Under the pieces are notes generated by a model, which saw only the letters and a list, made by a program, of their open reading frames with translations, made no database searches and was not told the origin of the DNA. Made by a program: the position numbers and the translations under genes. From Myxococcales bacterium (GTDB lineage: Bacteria; Myxococcota_A; Polyangia; Polyangiales; Polyangiaceae), in NCBI GenBank assembly GCA_043747615.1, contig JAYTOU010000089.1:1-29801 (forward strand): a stretch of DNA of 29,801 bases, read 5' to 3'. This document shows positions 1 through 10,257 of this stretch, piece after piece (position 1 is the first letter of the stretch; each line of letters starts with the position of its first letter).

Positions 1-129
1 CGCATGCGAGGCCGCTTCAACACCGACGTCGCGCGCGTCTGGAAATCCCTCGAGGCCACGAAACCTGCTCGCCGCGATCCGACCACCTACGTTGGTCGCA
101 CCCGTGGTCGCGGCCGAAAAGTCCGCTAG
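1..129 (+). CDS. 3' end of a CDS entering from the left edge (product unknown)
   Basis: Frame 1 is open from base 1 to TAG at 127-129 (RMRGRFNTDVARVWKSLEATKPARRDPTTYVGRTRGRGRKVR*). It has mostly GC-ending codons, converges on the VWA gene and is followed by a hairpin. Confidence 0.5.
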   Translation, partial: RMRGRFNTDVARVWKSLEATKPARRDPTTYVGRTRGRGRKVR

Positions 130-150
130 TCGACCTTCGGGAGAATGTGT

Positions 151-171
151 CGCGTGATAAACAATCACGCG
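151..171. terminator. Inverted repeat between convergent genes, possible bidirectional terminator
   Basis: Perfect 8-bp stem CGCGTGAT-AAACA-ATCACGCG in the gap between stops at 129 (+) and 183 (-). There is no clear U-tract. Confidence 0.45.
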
Positions 172-182
172 GCCTAGGTGAG

Positions 183-1700
183 CTAGCGCCCGCTCTTCGG
201 CGAGCGAAGCGACTCGGGCATCGCGTCCTTCACGATCGAGGTCGGCGGCAAGCTCACGCGCCCGACCACCTTCGAAGCGTCGTCCACGATCCTCGTCGCC
301 GCGGCCGCGCGTGCCGACTTCTGTTGAAGCGTCGCGTGATCGACGACGGCGTGCCCCTCGAGCAGATCGAGGTAGTCGAGGTCCAGAGTTCCTCCGCTCG
401 GCAAGATGAACACCCCGAACAAGTGGGCCTGCCGACTCACCTCGGCAACGAGCGGCCTCGGCACGTGAAGCGCCGCGTGGGTGATCAGATGAATCACCGG
501 ATCGCGCTGATCGCGTGCGCGCAGAAGGGCGATCTCGGTCGCAAGCTGCGCGAACACCCGCGCCGGGTTTCTCCCACGTTCCCCCTTGAATCCAAGCAGA
601 TACGCCGCCGGGAGCTGCCCGGGTCGCGCACGCTGAACGTCGTAGAGGCGCGAATCGAAAAATCGCATCCAGACCTCTTCGCCCGCGAGCTGCAATTTTT
701 TTCCGAGGGCGATGGCCAAGCCCCGTGCAAAGACTTGCCTCTCGCCGCGCATCGAGGCGGATGCATCGATCAGCAAATAATGGAGCCGCTTCGCTTCGTC
801 AGGAGCCTGCTCGCGCGTGTAATAGAGGATTTCGTTTTCGATCATCCGGCGCGCGAACTCCGCGTCGTCCCAGGCGAGCTCCGTCAAGACGAGCGAGTCG
901 AGCGAGCCCTTCGAGCCGATGCCCGCGTAGCCGTGGATGGCGTGCGTGCCGGTGGCCCGCGTGCGGTGGGTCTCGAGAATGCTCGGCAAGAGCTCGAGCG
1001 AAAAGTTCACGATGTCGTTCGCCGCGGGACTGGAGACCGCCGCCAGGAGATCCACGTGCGCAAGCGCGCCTGCCGCGCTCGATTCCGGACCGAGCATTCC
1101 TAGAAGGCGGAGCGTGTCGAGATCGAGGGCGTCGGCAAGAGTGAGCACGTGAAGCCGCGCGCGAATGAGCGCGTCGAGGGTAGCTGTCTCGAAGCCCCGA
1201 GGCGCAGCCGCGAAGAGCGCGGGCAGCTGGCTATCGAGGTCACGCACCATCTCGGGATCGAAGGGAATCGTCGCCGGGTAGGGCGCGCGACCGGTCCCCC
1301 GCTGGGCGACGGCACCGAGGACGCGTGCGAGCACGACCACCACGAGATCGTCGCTGAGGCGCATCGTTCGGGCCCGCGAACTGGCCTCACTCTGCGCAAT
1401 TTCGGAGATGATCTCGCGGTACGCTCGACACAGATCGCCAAGTCGCGGAACGCTCGCGACGATGGTGTCGACGCCCGGCCTCGGTCCGATCGTCAGCTGC
1501 TCCTTCGACGCCGCATAGAGCAGCCCGATGTCGTGCACGATGAACAGCGGCAAGTGAAGGCCGAGGCGCGCGAGATCGCGGTACCAGCGCAGCGTGCGCA
1601 CCACCATCATCGGAGATGCGGCGCGCACCACCCCCAGCGCAAGTCCGCCAAGCGGCCCGACGACGGAAGGGTCCTTCGCGAGGGTCTTGGATACGGGCAT
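183..1700 (-). CDS. von Willebrand factor A (VWA) domain protein, ViaA/CoxE-like architecture
   Basis: C-terminal MIDAS-type motif YLLIDASASM, then VWMRFFDS and IHLITH strands, after a helical N-terminal region. Start moved to ATG 1700 (MPVSKTLAK) because the ORF-track extension overlaps the upstream lipoprotein gene. Confidence 0.75.
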   Translation of the reverse strand: MPVSKTLAKDPSVVGPLGGLALGVVRAASPMMVVRTLRWYRDLARLGLHLPLFIVHDIGLLYAASKEQLTIGPRPGVDTIVASVPRLGDLCRAYREIISEIAQSEASSRARTMRLSDDLVVVVLARVLGAVAQRGTGRAPYPATIPFDPEMVRDLDSQLPALFAAAPRGFETATLDALIRARLHVLTLADALDLDTLRLLGMLGPESSAAGALAHVDLLAAVSSPAANDIVNFSLELLPSILETHRTRATGTHAIHGYAGIGSKGSLDSLVLTELAWDDAEFARRMIENEILYYTREQAPDEAKRLHYLLIDASASMRGERQVFARGLAIALGKKLQLAGEEVWMRFFDSRLYDVQRARPGQLPAAYLLGFKGERGRNPARVFAQLATEIALLRARDQRDPVIHLITHAALHVPRPLVAEVSRQAHLFGVFILPSGGTLDLDYLDLLEGHAVVDHATLQQKSARAAAATRIVDDASKVVGRVSLPPTSIVKDAMPESLRSPKSGR

Positions 1701-1744
1701 GTGGGCCCTCAGGCTTTCGAAGCGAGGCGGGGACGAGGCGAGTG

Positions 1745-2275
1745 TTACTCGAGGCCCGCGGGGCCCGTATTTCCGCCGGGCGTGTCGCCAGTGATCGACT
1801 TCATGTCGGGGGTCATGCGCTGCTGCTTGATGTTGTGCCAGTCGCTCCCCGTCTCGTTCGCATCGAGGCCGTACTGCCCGTCGATCTCGGCGTTCGGCGG
1901 CGTCTCCTTGTTCATCTTGTAAACGAAGTAGCCTTTGCCGCTCTGTGTCGCGCTCGGCCCGACCATTCCGTAGCGGTGCTCTTTCCATGTGAAGTGAAGG
2001 ACGTTGCCGGTGTGCGCCCCCGAGAGCTCGCCCCACGCGCTCTGATCGGTGCGCTTCCATTTGGCGATCACGTGCGCGTCATTCTCTTGCATGTGCAGGT
2101 AACCGAAAACGGGATGGTAGTAGACGCCCGTCCACGTTTCGCCTTGAGGCATCTCGCCCGGCGTGATGTTGGCACTCTTAGCGTCTTTGCCGTCGCCGCA
2201 CGCGGTGAGAGGGGCCGTCATGGCGCCGAGGGCGATCGCGATCGCCGCAGCGGTGAAGGTGCGCTGGAAGTTCAT
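1745..2275 (-). CDS. Lipoprotein of unknown function (beta-rich, 176 aa)
   Basis: MNFQRTFTAAAIAIALGAMTAPLTAC signal with lipobox LTAC, followed by aromatic-rich strands (WTGVYY, LHFTWKEH, GKGYFVY). Start at ATG 2275. Confidence 0.75.
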   Translation of the reverse strand: MNFQRTFTAAAIAIALGAMTAPLTACGDGKDAKSANITPGEMPQGETWTGVYYHPVFGYLHMQENDAHVIAKWKRTDQSAWGELSGAHTGNVLHFTWKEHRYGMVGPSATQSGKGYFVYKMNKETPPNAEIDGQYGLDANETGSDWHNIKQQRMTPDMKSITGDTPGGNTGPAGLE

Positions 2276-2347
2276 AACGCGCAGATTATCAGGTTTTTTC
2301 CCTGCTTGTCTGGGCGACTTTTCCAGGCCGCGTGGCTCTACTGAGCG

Positions 2348-3310
2348 ATGAGCCATCGTTCGTGGACCCTTCTGCGCCTCCTTTTTGCAGGCCTTCTCTT
2401 GGGGGCCTGCGGTGCACCCGCAACCGAAGCACCTCGTCTCGCCGCGCCTGCAGCGCCTTCTCCGATCGGTCCTGCAATGGCCGCAGGCGGAAGCAAAGTC
2501 CTCGTCCAAGAGTCGGGGCTCACGGATTTTTTTGCGGACGAAGACGCCCAGGTCCGCGCGGCGACGACGGCGTGGCTTCGAGCGAACACTCCGTGGGACG
2601 TCGTCTCCGCGGACCAAGTGGAGACCGTGCGTGTGCGCGCGCTTGGCGGCAGAAACCTGAAGACCGGAGCCACGTGCGGTGGACCTCGCCATTCCCATGA
2701 GGGCTACGAGCGCGCGTTCGGGAGCTACGACGCCGCCCACTTCGGCGTGAAGTGCGGAGTGACGTGCGCCCTCCAGCTTTCGGTGTCTCGGAATCCGCGG
2801 GGCGCGACGCGCTCACCGCTGTCGTCCGAGGGAGCGGTCGAATTTTACTTTGCCGCGGCGGTCTCCGCGCCCGTGACGATTGAAACGGTCTTACGCGCGA
2901 TTCCCAATCTCCGACGCGAGACGGCGGAGAGGGACGAAGGACCAGCTGAGCTCTTGGCGGACTTCGAGACCAGCCGGCTGCCGCGCCCGCGATCGAGCGT
3001 GAAGCTTTCGGTGTGGAATGGGCTCGCCCCCGACGCGTTTGCCTCCATCCAATCCGAGATCGACGCATGCTACCGCCCGGGCGGCGGACAAGAAATGTTT
3101 CTGCTCTCCGTTCGCGAAGGAGGCCACGTGGATCGCTGCGAAGGGCGTCCTTGGAATGCCGTGCCGTCTCGGGGGTGCGTCTGCGCTGCGCTGAAGAAGG
3201 TGCAGCTTCCCGCGTCGGTCGCCGGAACGCGCGCGGCCTTTGATGCTCTGCATCAAGACAAAGACGGCGCGATCACCCCACCGCGAACGCCGCCCTGCAC
3301 CGACGATTAG
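2348..3310 (+). CDS. Putative lipoprotein with a weak AgmX/PglI (TonB-C-like) C-terminal resemblance
   Basis: Signal [21 protein letters not shown] (lipobox LGAC). The late region IDACY...GHVDRC...[13 protein letters not shown] echoes the 'CY...G.V...C....FP' pattern. It fills the gap between 2275 and the secA stop. Confidence 0.55.
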   Translation: MSHRSWTLLRLLFAGLLLGACGAPATEAPRLAAPAAPSPIGPAMAAGGSKVLVQESGLTDFFADEDAQVRAATTAWLRANTPWDVVSADQVETVRVRALGGRNLKTGATCGGPRHSHEGYERAFGSYDAAHFGVKCGVTCALQLSVSRNPRGATRSPLSSEGAVEFYFAAAVSAPVTIETVLRAIPNLRRETAERDEGPAELLADFETSRLPRPRSSVKLSVWNGLAPDAFASIQSEIDACYRPGGGQEMFLLSVREGGHVDRCEGRPWNAVPSRGCVCAALKKVQLPASVAGTRAAFDALHQDKDGAITPPRTPPCTDD

Positions 3311-6300
3311 GGATTCGCGTCTTCGGCGTCGGGCGGCGCGTTTTCGTCCTCCAGCGCAGCACCGTGGCACTTCTTGAACTTTTGCCCGCTCCCGCACGGA
3401 CACGGATCATTTCGTCCGACCTTCGGGGCGGCTCGCTGCACGGGCTGCGCAACGGCGCGCGCTTGAGGTCGTCGCGGAGGTTGCGACTGCCCTGGCGCGG
3501 ATGCCTCGGCCTCGCCACCGTCCGGTTCCGAGCCATGGCGAAGCTGCATCGAGGCCAGAGCTGCCTCGTGACGCGCGAGATCCTCCTGCTCCATACGCTC
3601 GATCTCGTTCGGCTTCTGCACCTGGACCTTGAACACCTTGGTCGCCACGTTGCTATTGGTGGCCAGCATCATGTTCACGAAAAGGTCGTAGCCCTCTTTC
3701 TTGTACTCTTGCTTCGGATCCCGCTGGCCGTAGCCGCGGAGGCCGATGCCGTCGCGCAAGTGTTCCATGTTCGTCAGGTGCTCGACCCACGCACGGTCGA
3801 TCTCTTCGAGATAGAAGTGACGAAATGCACGAACGAGGAGCTCGGTGCCCATCTCCTTTTCTTTCGCGTCGAGCACGGCGGCGGCCTGCGTATAGAGCTT
3901 GTGGGCAAGCTCGCCGACGTCGTTGATGTGCTCGAACTCCACCGGCTTGAAGCTGAAGTTCTCGAACATTCCGGAGTGGAGGTCCTTCCACTTCCAGTCC
4001 TCGGGGGGGATGGTCGACGGGCAGGACTCCTCGATCATCGCGCCAATGATGCCGTCGGTGAGATCGAGGAGACGCTCACGTTGCTCGGTGACGCTCTGCG
4101 GAATCTCCTCGAGCAGGCGCTCGTAGATCTTCATCGGCTTCTTCGCTTCGCCCTCTTTGTAGTCGAAGCGGTAGCCCCAGAATTGGTAGATGTCGCCGCG
4201 CAGCGATTCCATGCTGAAGAGCTCCTCGAGCTCTTCGATCGTCGTCGGCTTCTTGACCGGCTCGCCGTTCTTCGGGAGCGGCATTCCGTAGTGAAGAAGC
4301 ATGTCGCGGATGGCGTCCTTCACTTCGTCGCGGATGCGATCGAGCGGCTTGATCTTGCGCGGCTTGCCGGTGGGCTTTCCTTCATCGTCGAGCTTCTCGG
4401 GTTTGTAGATGCCGAGGAGGAGCTGCTGACGGATCGTGTAGACCGTCTTTCGCTGCTCGCTCATCACGTCGTCGTACTCGAGCAAGTTTTTTCGAATGTC
4501 GAAGTTGCGCCCTTCGACCTTGGTCTGCGCGTCGCTGATCGATTTGGTGACCCAGGGGTGCTCGATGGGCTCGTCGTCGGGCATGCCCATGCGTTCCATG
4601 AGCGCCTTCACGCGGTCGCCCGCGAAGATGCGCATCAAGTCGTCTTCGAGAGACAGGTAAAAACGGCTCGATCCCGGATCGCCCTGGCGACCAGCGCGGC
4701 CGCGAAGCTGGTTGTCGATGCGGCGTGACTCGTGGCGCTCGGTGCCGAGAATGTGGAGGCCGCCGGCGGCTTTGACCTCGTCTCCCTCCGCCTTGCACGA
4801 GGCTTCGAGCTTGGCGACTACCTTCGCGAACTCTTCCGGCTCTGCGTCGGGATCGCGGTTTTGCTCCTTGAACTCGAGCTTCGCGAGCATCTCCGGGTTA
4901 CCGCCGAGGACGATGTCCGTTCCTCGACCGGCCATGTTCGTGGAGACCGTGATGGCTCCTTTGCGCCCGGCTTGGGCGACGACGTAGGCCTCTTTCTCGT
5001 GCTGCTTGGCGTTGAGGACGGCGTGCGGGATCCCCTTCTTTTTGAGGATCTTCGCGACAGCTCCACTTTTTTCCACGCTCGTAGTTCCCACGAGAACCGG
5101 CTGCCCGCGCTCGTAATACTCGATGAGCTCGTCGGTCACGGCGGTGAACTTTTCGCGCTCCGTTTTGTAGACGAGATCTTCGTGGTCGATGCGGCCGACG
5201 GGTTTGTTCGTCGGGATCTGAATGACGTTGAGCTTGTACGTGGAGTGGAACTCCGCGGCCTCGGTGTCGGCCGTTCCCGTCATTCCGCCGAGCTTCTTGT
5301 AAAGGCGAAAGAGGTTCTGGAAGGTAATCGTGGCCATGGTGCGCGTCTCTTCCTGGATGCGCACGTTCTCCTTGGCTTCGACGGCCTGGTGTAAGCCGTC
5401 CGACCAGCGGCGTCCGGGAAGAACGCGGCCGGTGAACTCGTCGATGATCATCACCTTGCCGTCGTCGGCGACCAGGTAGTTCACGTCGCGCTTGTAGAGG
5501 GCGTGGGCGCGAAGGCACTGGCTCAAGATGTGGAGCGACTCGAGGTTGACCGGGTCGTAGAGATTCGTGATGCCCATCAATTTTTGGGCGTGGTCGATGC
5601 CGCTGTCGGTCAGCGAAACGGAGTGGGCCTTTTCGTCGACGTCGTAGTGCTCGTCTTTGCGGAGGCGAGGGATCACTTCGTTGATTGACTGGTATTTCGC
5701 GCTCGAGGCTTCTTGCTGCCCGGAGATGATGAGCGGAGTACGCGCCTCGTCGATCAGGATGGAGTCGACCTCGTCTACGATCGCGTAGTGGAGCTCGCGC
5801 TGTGCATACTCGAGCGCGCTGAACTTCATGTTGTCGCGGAGGTAGTCGAAGCCGAACTCGTTATTTTGCCCGTAGGTGATGTCGCACCGGTAGGCCTCCT
5901 TCTTCTCGCGGTCCCCTTGCGAGTTGACGACCACGCCGGTGGAGAGGCCCAAAAAGCCGTAGAGCTTGCCCATCCACTCCGAGTCGCGGCGGGCGAGGTA
6001 GTCGTTCACGGTGACGACGTGGACCCCTTTGCCTTCGAGCGCGTTCAGGTAGCAGGCGAGGGTGGCGACGAGCGTCTTACCTTCACCGGTGCGCATCTCG
6101 GCGATGGCCCCGTTGTTGAGGACCATTCCGCCGATCAGCTGGACGTCGAAGTGGCGCATCTTGAGGGAGCGCTTTCCGGCCTCTCGGCAGACGGCAAACG
6201 CGTCGACGAGAATGTCGTCCACCGACGCCCCCTGATCGAGCTTCTCCTTGAACTCGGCCGTTTTTGCCTTGAGCTCGGCGTCCGTGAGCTTCGAGATCTT

Positions 6301-6399
6301 CGGCTCGAGCGCATTGATCAGCTCCACGCGCGGTCTCAGCCGCTTCACTTCGCGTTCGTGGGACGTTCCGAGGAGTTTCTTGAGAGCCCAAGTCAACAT
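3307..6399 (-). CDS. secA: Preprotein translocase subunit SecA (1030 aa) with C-terminal SEC-C zinc motif
   Basis: MRTGEGKT Walker [61 protein letters not shown], and C-terminal [19 protein letters not shown]. Confidence 0.99.
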   Translation of the reverse strand: MLTWALKKLLGTSHEREVKRLRPRVELINALEPKISKLTDAELKAKTAEFKEKLDQGASVDDILVDAFAVCREAGKRSLKMRHFDVQLIGGMVLNNGAIAEMRTGEGKTLVATLACYLNALEGKGVHVVTVNDYLARRDSEWMGKLYGFLGLSTGVVVNSQGDREKKEAYRCDITYGQNNEFGFDYLRDNMKFSALEYAQRELHYAIVDEVDSILIDEARTPLIISGQQEASSAKYQSINEVIPRLRKDEHYDVDEKAHSVSLTDSGIDHAQKLMGITNLYDPVNLESLHILSQCLRAHALYKRDVNYLVADDGKVMIIDEFTGRVLPGRRWSDGLHQAVEAKENVRIQEETRTMATITFQNLFRLYKKLGGMTGTADTEAAEFHSTYKLNVIQIPTNKPVGRIDHEDLVYKTEREKFTAVTDELIEYYERGQPVLVGTTSVEKSGAVAKILKKKGIPHAVLNAKQHEKEAYVVAQAGRKGAITVSTNMAGRGTDIVLGGNPEMLAKLEFKEQNRDPDAEPEEFAKVVAKLEASCKAEGDEVKAAGGLHILGTERHESRRIDNQLRGRAGRQGDPGSSRFYLSLEDDLMRIFAGDRVKALMERMGMPDDEPIEHPWVTKSISDAQTKVEGRNFDIRKNLLEYDDVMSEQRKTVYTIRQQLLLGIYKPEKLDDEGKPTGKPRKIKPLDRIRDEVKDAIRDMLLHYGMPLPKNGEPVKKPTTIEELEELFSMESLRGDIYQFWGYRFDYKEGEAKKPMKIYERLLEEIPQSVTEQRERLLDLTDGIIGAMIEESCPSTIPPEDWKWKDLHSGMFENFSFKPVEFEHINDVGELAHKLYTQAAAVLDAKEKEMGTELLVRAFRHFYLEEIDRAWVEHLTNMEHLRDGIGLRGYGQRDPKQEYKKEGYDLFVNMMLATNSNVATKVFKVQVQKPNEIERMEQEDLARHEAALASMQLRHGSEPDGGEAEASAPGQSQPPRRPQARAVAQPVQRAAPKVGRNDPCPCGSGQKFKKCHGAALEDENAPPDAEDANP

Positions 6400-6527
6400 G
6401 ACGTCATCACCTTACGCATCATTAGTAGGACCCTCGTCGGAGCGCAAACCACGCCGGAAAACAGGGGTCGGCGAATCATAATGCTCAAATCGAGCGCGTG
6501 CTCGCAACCCGAGGGCGCGGCGCCGAT

Positions 6528-7514
6528 TCAGAGCCAGCCGTTGTCTTGGTACCACTTCGCCGCGAGCATCGTGCCTTCGCGCCACTGCACCTCGGGCTTC
6601 CAGCCAAGGTCTTTTCTCGTGTCGTCGGAGTTGCAGACCCAGTGCGCCTGCTTCAGCTCGTTCACCTTGTCGCGCGTGAGCATGACCGCCTTGTTGGAAA
6701 ATTTTCCGTAGAGCTCCGAGCCGAGTGCGGCCGCGGCAACCACCGCGAGAGGGATACCAAAACGCAATCGGGCTCGACGTCCGAGGGCGTGCTCGACGTC
6801 GGCCAACGCTTCGCGCCACACGTGCGCAGTTCCGTCGTCGACGAAGTACGCATTGCCGCTCGGGACGTCGGCCTCGATCGCGCGCACGCAGGCGCTCGCC
6901 GCGTCGGAGGCGTAGATGACACTGAGGGTGTTGAGCCCGTCGCCCAAGATCGGAAGCACGCCGCGCGACACCGACTGGAAGAAAGCGAAGGTCTCGTTGT
7001 CGCGGGGTCCATAGACGAGCGGCGGACGAATGACGGTCACCGGAAGGCGGTCTTTTTCGGCGCGAACGAGGCGTTCTGCGTCGCCCTTCGAGCGCCCGTA
7101 GTGGGTCACCGGGTTGGGGGCTTGGCTCCCGCTCACCGGCTTTCCGTCGTACGACGGACCGACGGCGGCGAGGCTCGAGATGAAGACGAACCGTTTGAGC
7201 CCCGGGGCATGCTTCTTCGCGGCGTCGAGCAGGTTCACCGTCCCTTGCACGTTGGTCGCGCGAAACTCGTCGGGCGTCCGCGCCTTGACGAGACCTGCGG
7301 AGTGAATGACCGCGTCCACTCCCTTCATCGCCTCGTGGACCTTGTCGGCGTCCTCCACCGCGCCCTCCGCAAATTCAAGCCGATCCAGCTTCTCCAAGAA
7401 CTTGCGGTTGGAGCTTTTGCGAACGAGCGCGCGCACGATGTGCCCTTCGCGCGAAAGTTGCTCGGCGATGTGGCTGCCCAAAAATCCGCTGCCGCCGGTG
7501 ACGAGGACCCTCAC
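6528..7514 (-). CDS. NAD-dependent epimerase/dehydratase (extended SDR), probable ceramide reductase CerR-like
   Basis: GTG start at 7514 overlaps the upstream stop (GTGA). Motifs: VLVTGGSGFLG Rossmann, HSAGLVKA, FISSLAA, YGRSK (YxxxK), IRPPLVYGPRD. The SDR call is firm; the CerR role is inferred from coupling to the bCerS-like gene. Confidence 0.85.
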   Translation of the reverse strand: MRVLVTGGSGFLGSHIAEQLSREGHIVRALVRKSSNRKFLEKLDRLEFAEGAVEDADKVHEAMKGVDAVIHSAGLVKARTPDEFRATNVQGTVNLLDAAKKHAPGLKRFVFISSLAAVGPSYDGKPVSGSQAPNPVTHYGRSKGDAERLVRAEKDRLPVTVIRPPLVYGPRDNETFAFFQSVSRGVLPILGDGLNTLSVIYASDAASACVRAIEADVPSGNAYFVDDGTAHVWREALADVEHALGRRARLRFGIPLAVVAAAALGSELYGKFSNKAVMLTRDKVNELKQAHWVCNSDDTRKDLGWKPEVQWREGTMLAAKWYQDNGWL

Positions 7515-8641
7515 GACAGCGCCTTCGAGAACACGCGGTACTTTTTGTAGAGCTTGGCGCCCATCAGCTTGATGGCGACGTTGATGGGAGCGTTGTCCTC
7601 GAGCGTCCAGCCGAGCTCGCCCCACTGGATGCCGATCCGTTTGCCGCTCTCGTTGAGCTCGCCGAAAAGATAGAGCGACAGCCCCGCGTATTTTCGGTTG
7701 TGCCGATACTTTTTGCGGATGCCGAGGATGACCAGGCGCGCGCTCCGTGGGCCTTCCACCTTCAAGCGATAGAGGAGCTTGGCGAGGCCGAAGGGAAAGA
7801 GCTTTCCGTTCAGATCGCCGATCATGTCGTTGATGTTCGGCAGGCAAAGAGCGACGGCTGCCGGCTCGCCGTCGATGAACACGATGCGCGTAATTTCGGG
7901 GGCGAGAATGAGCTTGAAGTCCGCCTCCATCTTCTTCGCTTCCTTGCGCGTGAGTGGCACGAAGCCCCAGTTGTCGCTCCACGCGTCGTTGAATACGTCG
8001 AGGACGATGCCCACGTCGCGATTGAGATCCTTCATCGAGACCGGCCGGCTGGTGACCTCGGGCATCGCCTTCATCTCTTCGTGGGCCTTCTTCGTGCGGG
8101 GATTCAGCTCGCCCACCGTGTATTTCCAGGCCAACACGTCCTTCAACTTTTCGTAGCCCGCGCTCTCGATGAGCCCCGCCTGGTACGGGCGGTTGTGCGG
8201 CATCAGGACGACAGGCGGTGTGTCGAAGCCTTCGATGAGACAGCCCATCTCCTCGTTGATGCTGAGAGACATTGGCCCCTGGGCGCGCTTCATTCCTTTT
8301 TTCTTCAGCCAAGACTCTGCGCGCGCGAGGAGGGCGGACACCACCGCGGCGTCGTCGATCGTGTCGAGAAACCCCCAGAACCCGGTGTCGTCTTTGTAGC
8401 GATCGAGGTGCTCGCGATCGATCTGCGCGCTCACCCGCCCGACGCACTCCCCGCCCTTGTACGCAGTGAAGAGGGTGCCCTCGGCGTGCTCGAAGAAGGG
8501 GTTCTTCTTGGGGTTCAGGCGATCCTTTATGTCTTGATCGAGCGCTCGGACATAGTTGGAATCACCGGCGTAGACCGTGTTGACGACGTCCAGAAAAGCT
8601 CGAATGTCGCCGCCCATGGGGGTTTCGCGGATCTCAATCAT
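7511..8641 (-). CDS. YghO/bCerS-family GNAT-fold N-acyltransferase, probable bacterial ceramide synthase
   Basis: Family motifs NPFFEHAE, VGRVSAQID, GFWGF, GP....NEEMG.LIEGFD.PP..LMPHN.PY, FNDAWSDNWGFVP, LPNIN...DLNGKLFPFG, ELGWTLEDN, and KKYRVF at the end. Confidence 0.8.
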   Translation of the reverse strand: MIEIRETPMGGDIRAFLDVVNTVYAGDSNYVRALDQDIKDRLNPKKNPFFEHAEGTLFTAYKGGECVGRVSAQIDREHLDRYKDDTGFWGFLDTIDDAAVVSALLARAESWLKKKGMKRAQGPMSLSINEEMGCLIEGFDTPPVVLMPHNRPYQAGLIESAGYEKLKDVLAWKYTVGELNPRTKKAHEEMKAMPEVTSRPVSMKDLNRDVGIVLDVFNDAWSDNWGFVPLTRKEAKKMEADFKLILAPEITRIVFIDGEPAAVALCLPNINDMIGDLNGKLFPFGLAKLLYRLKVEGPRSARLVILGIRKKYRHNRKYAGLSLYLFGELNESGKRIGIQWGELGWTLEDNAPINVAIKLMGAKLYKKYRVFSKALS

Positions 8642-8728
8642 GTTGGCAGACGCCTAGTCGATTTTGCTGCGGGAGGGAACGAGCTGCCGGGGTTGGCAGG
8701 CTGTAGAAAGCCTCGCCTCGATCGAACG

Positions 8729-10153
8729 CTATTTCCGTAGCGCAGCGTAGAACTGCGAATCGCGGCGGCGAAGGCGGAGGAGCAGCTGGCCGTCGGCGGC
8801 AGACTGCTGAAGCTGCTGCGAGTTCGGGTCCTGAATGCCGTCTACTTCGACGACGACGTCACCGACCTTGAGCCCTGCGCGATCGGCGGTCGAGCCCGGG
8901 GACACCGCGGTTACCACCGGAAGGGCTTTTGCGGGGAGACCCATCTGGGCAGCTTGCGCGGGTGCAAGATCGCGCACGCTCAGACCGAGGCCCGATTGCG
9001 GAACGCCTTGCTGCTGAACAGGAGCCGGCGTCATGGGTGGTTCCGGTCGCGCCGCAAGGGTCACCGTGGCGCCGTAGTGCTTGCCGTCACGCACGATTTC
9101 GAGCGGCGTCTGCGCGCCGACGTCGCGCGAGATGACCTCGCGGATGAGATCGTGACCATCGTGGACCGCGCGTCCGCCGACCGACGCGATGACGTCTCCC
9201 GGCTTGATTTGAGCCTTTTGAGCGGGCCCCGCGTCGGTCACAGAGTTGATGAGCGCGCCTGCCCGCGGATCGAGCTTCATAGCGGCGGCGAGCTCCGGCG
9301 TCAGATCTTGCACGCCTGCGCCAATCCACGCGCGCTCGACGTGGCCCGTCTTCAAGATCTGTTCGGCGGCGCGGCGCGCGATGTTCGAAGGCACCGCAAA
9401 GCCAATACCGGAGCCCTTGCCGACGATCATGCTGTTGATGCCGACGACCCTCCCTTCGAGATCGCACAGCGGCCCGCCGGAGTTGCCCGGGTTGATGCTC
9501 GCGTCGGTCTGCAGGTAGTCCTCGATGGCGTTCATGCCGAGGCCGCCCCGCCCTCGCGCGCTCAAGACGCCGGTCGTCACGGTGTAGCCGAGGCCGAAGG
9601 GGGAACCGATCGCGACCACCCACTCGCCGACGCGCGTCGTGTCGGAGTCGGCAAACTTCGCGGCCACGAGCCCCGTGGCTTCGACCTTCACCACCGCCAG
9701 ATCCGTCGCCGGATCGCGCCCGACGAGCCGCGCGGGAAGAAAGCGCCCGTCGCGCAGATGCACGTTGATGGTCAGCGCTTCGTCGACGACATGGTTGTTC
9801 GTGAGGATCGCTCCATCGGGAGTGAAGACGACCCCCGAGCCGGTTCCACGCGCGACCGGTGAGTCGACGCCGTTCCCGCGACCGAGCATGTGCACCAGCC
9901 TGTCGGCGCCTTCATCGCGCGCGGTGACGTCGATCTGCACCACGCTCGGGCTCACACGCTCGGCCACGTTCACGAACGCATCGGACAGGCGACGGGCCTC
10001 GGCTTGCGACGCTTGCAGTTGCACGGCGCTCGGCGGCGGTGGGCTGGGCGCGGCTGCGGGCTCCTTAGGCTCCGCAGTGGCGGCTGGCGCAAAAGACAGC
10101 GTGGAGAGGGCGAGTGCAACGAACAGCGTTTTCGGGCCGATGTGATGAAGCAT
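8729..10153 (-). CDS. htrA: HtrA/DegP-family periplasmic serine protease with two PDZ domains
   Basis: Signal peptide; catalytic-triad contexts TNNHVV, DLAVVKV and DASINPGNSGGPL; two PDZ-like segments (GPAQKAQIKPGDVI, STADRAGLKVGDVV). Confidence 0.95.
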   Translation of the reverse strand: MLHHIGPKTLFVALALSTLSFAPAATAEPKEPAAAPSPPPPSAVQLQASQAEARRLSDAFVNVAERVSPSVVQIDVTARDEGADRLVHMLGRGNGVDSPVARGTGSGVVFTPDGAILTNNHVVDEALTINVHLRDGRFLPARLVGRDPATDLAVVKVEATGLVAAKFADSDTTRVGEWVVAIGSPFGLGYTVTTGVLSARGRGGLGMNAIEDYLQTDASINPGNSGGPLCDLEGRVVGINSMIVGKGSGIGFAVPSNIARRAAEQILKTGHVERAWIGAGVQDLTPELAAAMKLDPRAGALINSVTDAGPAQKAQIKPGDVIASVGGRAVHDGHDLIREVISRDVGAQTPLEIVRDGKHYGATVTLAARPEPPMTPAPVQQQGVPQSGLGLSVRDLAPAQAAQMGLPAKALPVVTAVSPGSTADRAGLKVGDVVVEVDGIQDPNSQQLQQSAADGQLLLRLRRRDSQFYAALRK

Positions 10154-10257
10154 GCGTTACGACCTCTTCGTGTGGAGCCTAAGGCAACTTGGAAAGACTG
10201 TGGATCGTGGACATTCCCACGGGCGAAACCCGTGAGCGTCCCTAACCATTCCGGATG

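Noticed and set aside
151..171. GTGAT-N5-ATCAC as an FNR/CRP site
   Set aside because: The spacing is wrong for FNR (N4) and it lies between convergent 3' ends; a terminator-like hairpin fits better.
3364..7550. Long plus-strand ORFs antisense to secA and the SDR (e.g. 3364-4728, 5713-6711, 6498-7550)
   Set aside because: Shadow ORFs caused by codon bias on the coding strand; no recognisable motifs.
7515..8447. N-terminal extension making the SDR a 639-aa protein
   Set aside because: It overlaps the bCerS-like gene in another frame. The Rossmann motif starts right after GTG 7514, which overlaps the upstream stop.
10170..10257. Hairpin CACGGG-CGAAA-CCCGTG and nearby sequence as a c-di-GMP-type riboswitch or sRNA
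   Set aside because: Only a 6-bp stem. The GAAA-like loop reads on the strand opposite the flanking genes, and I could not build the rest of the aptamer. An Rfam covariance search would settle it.
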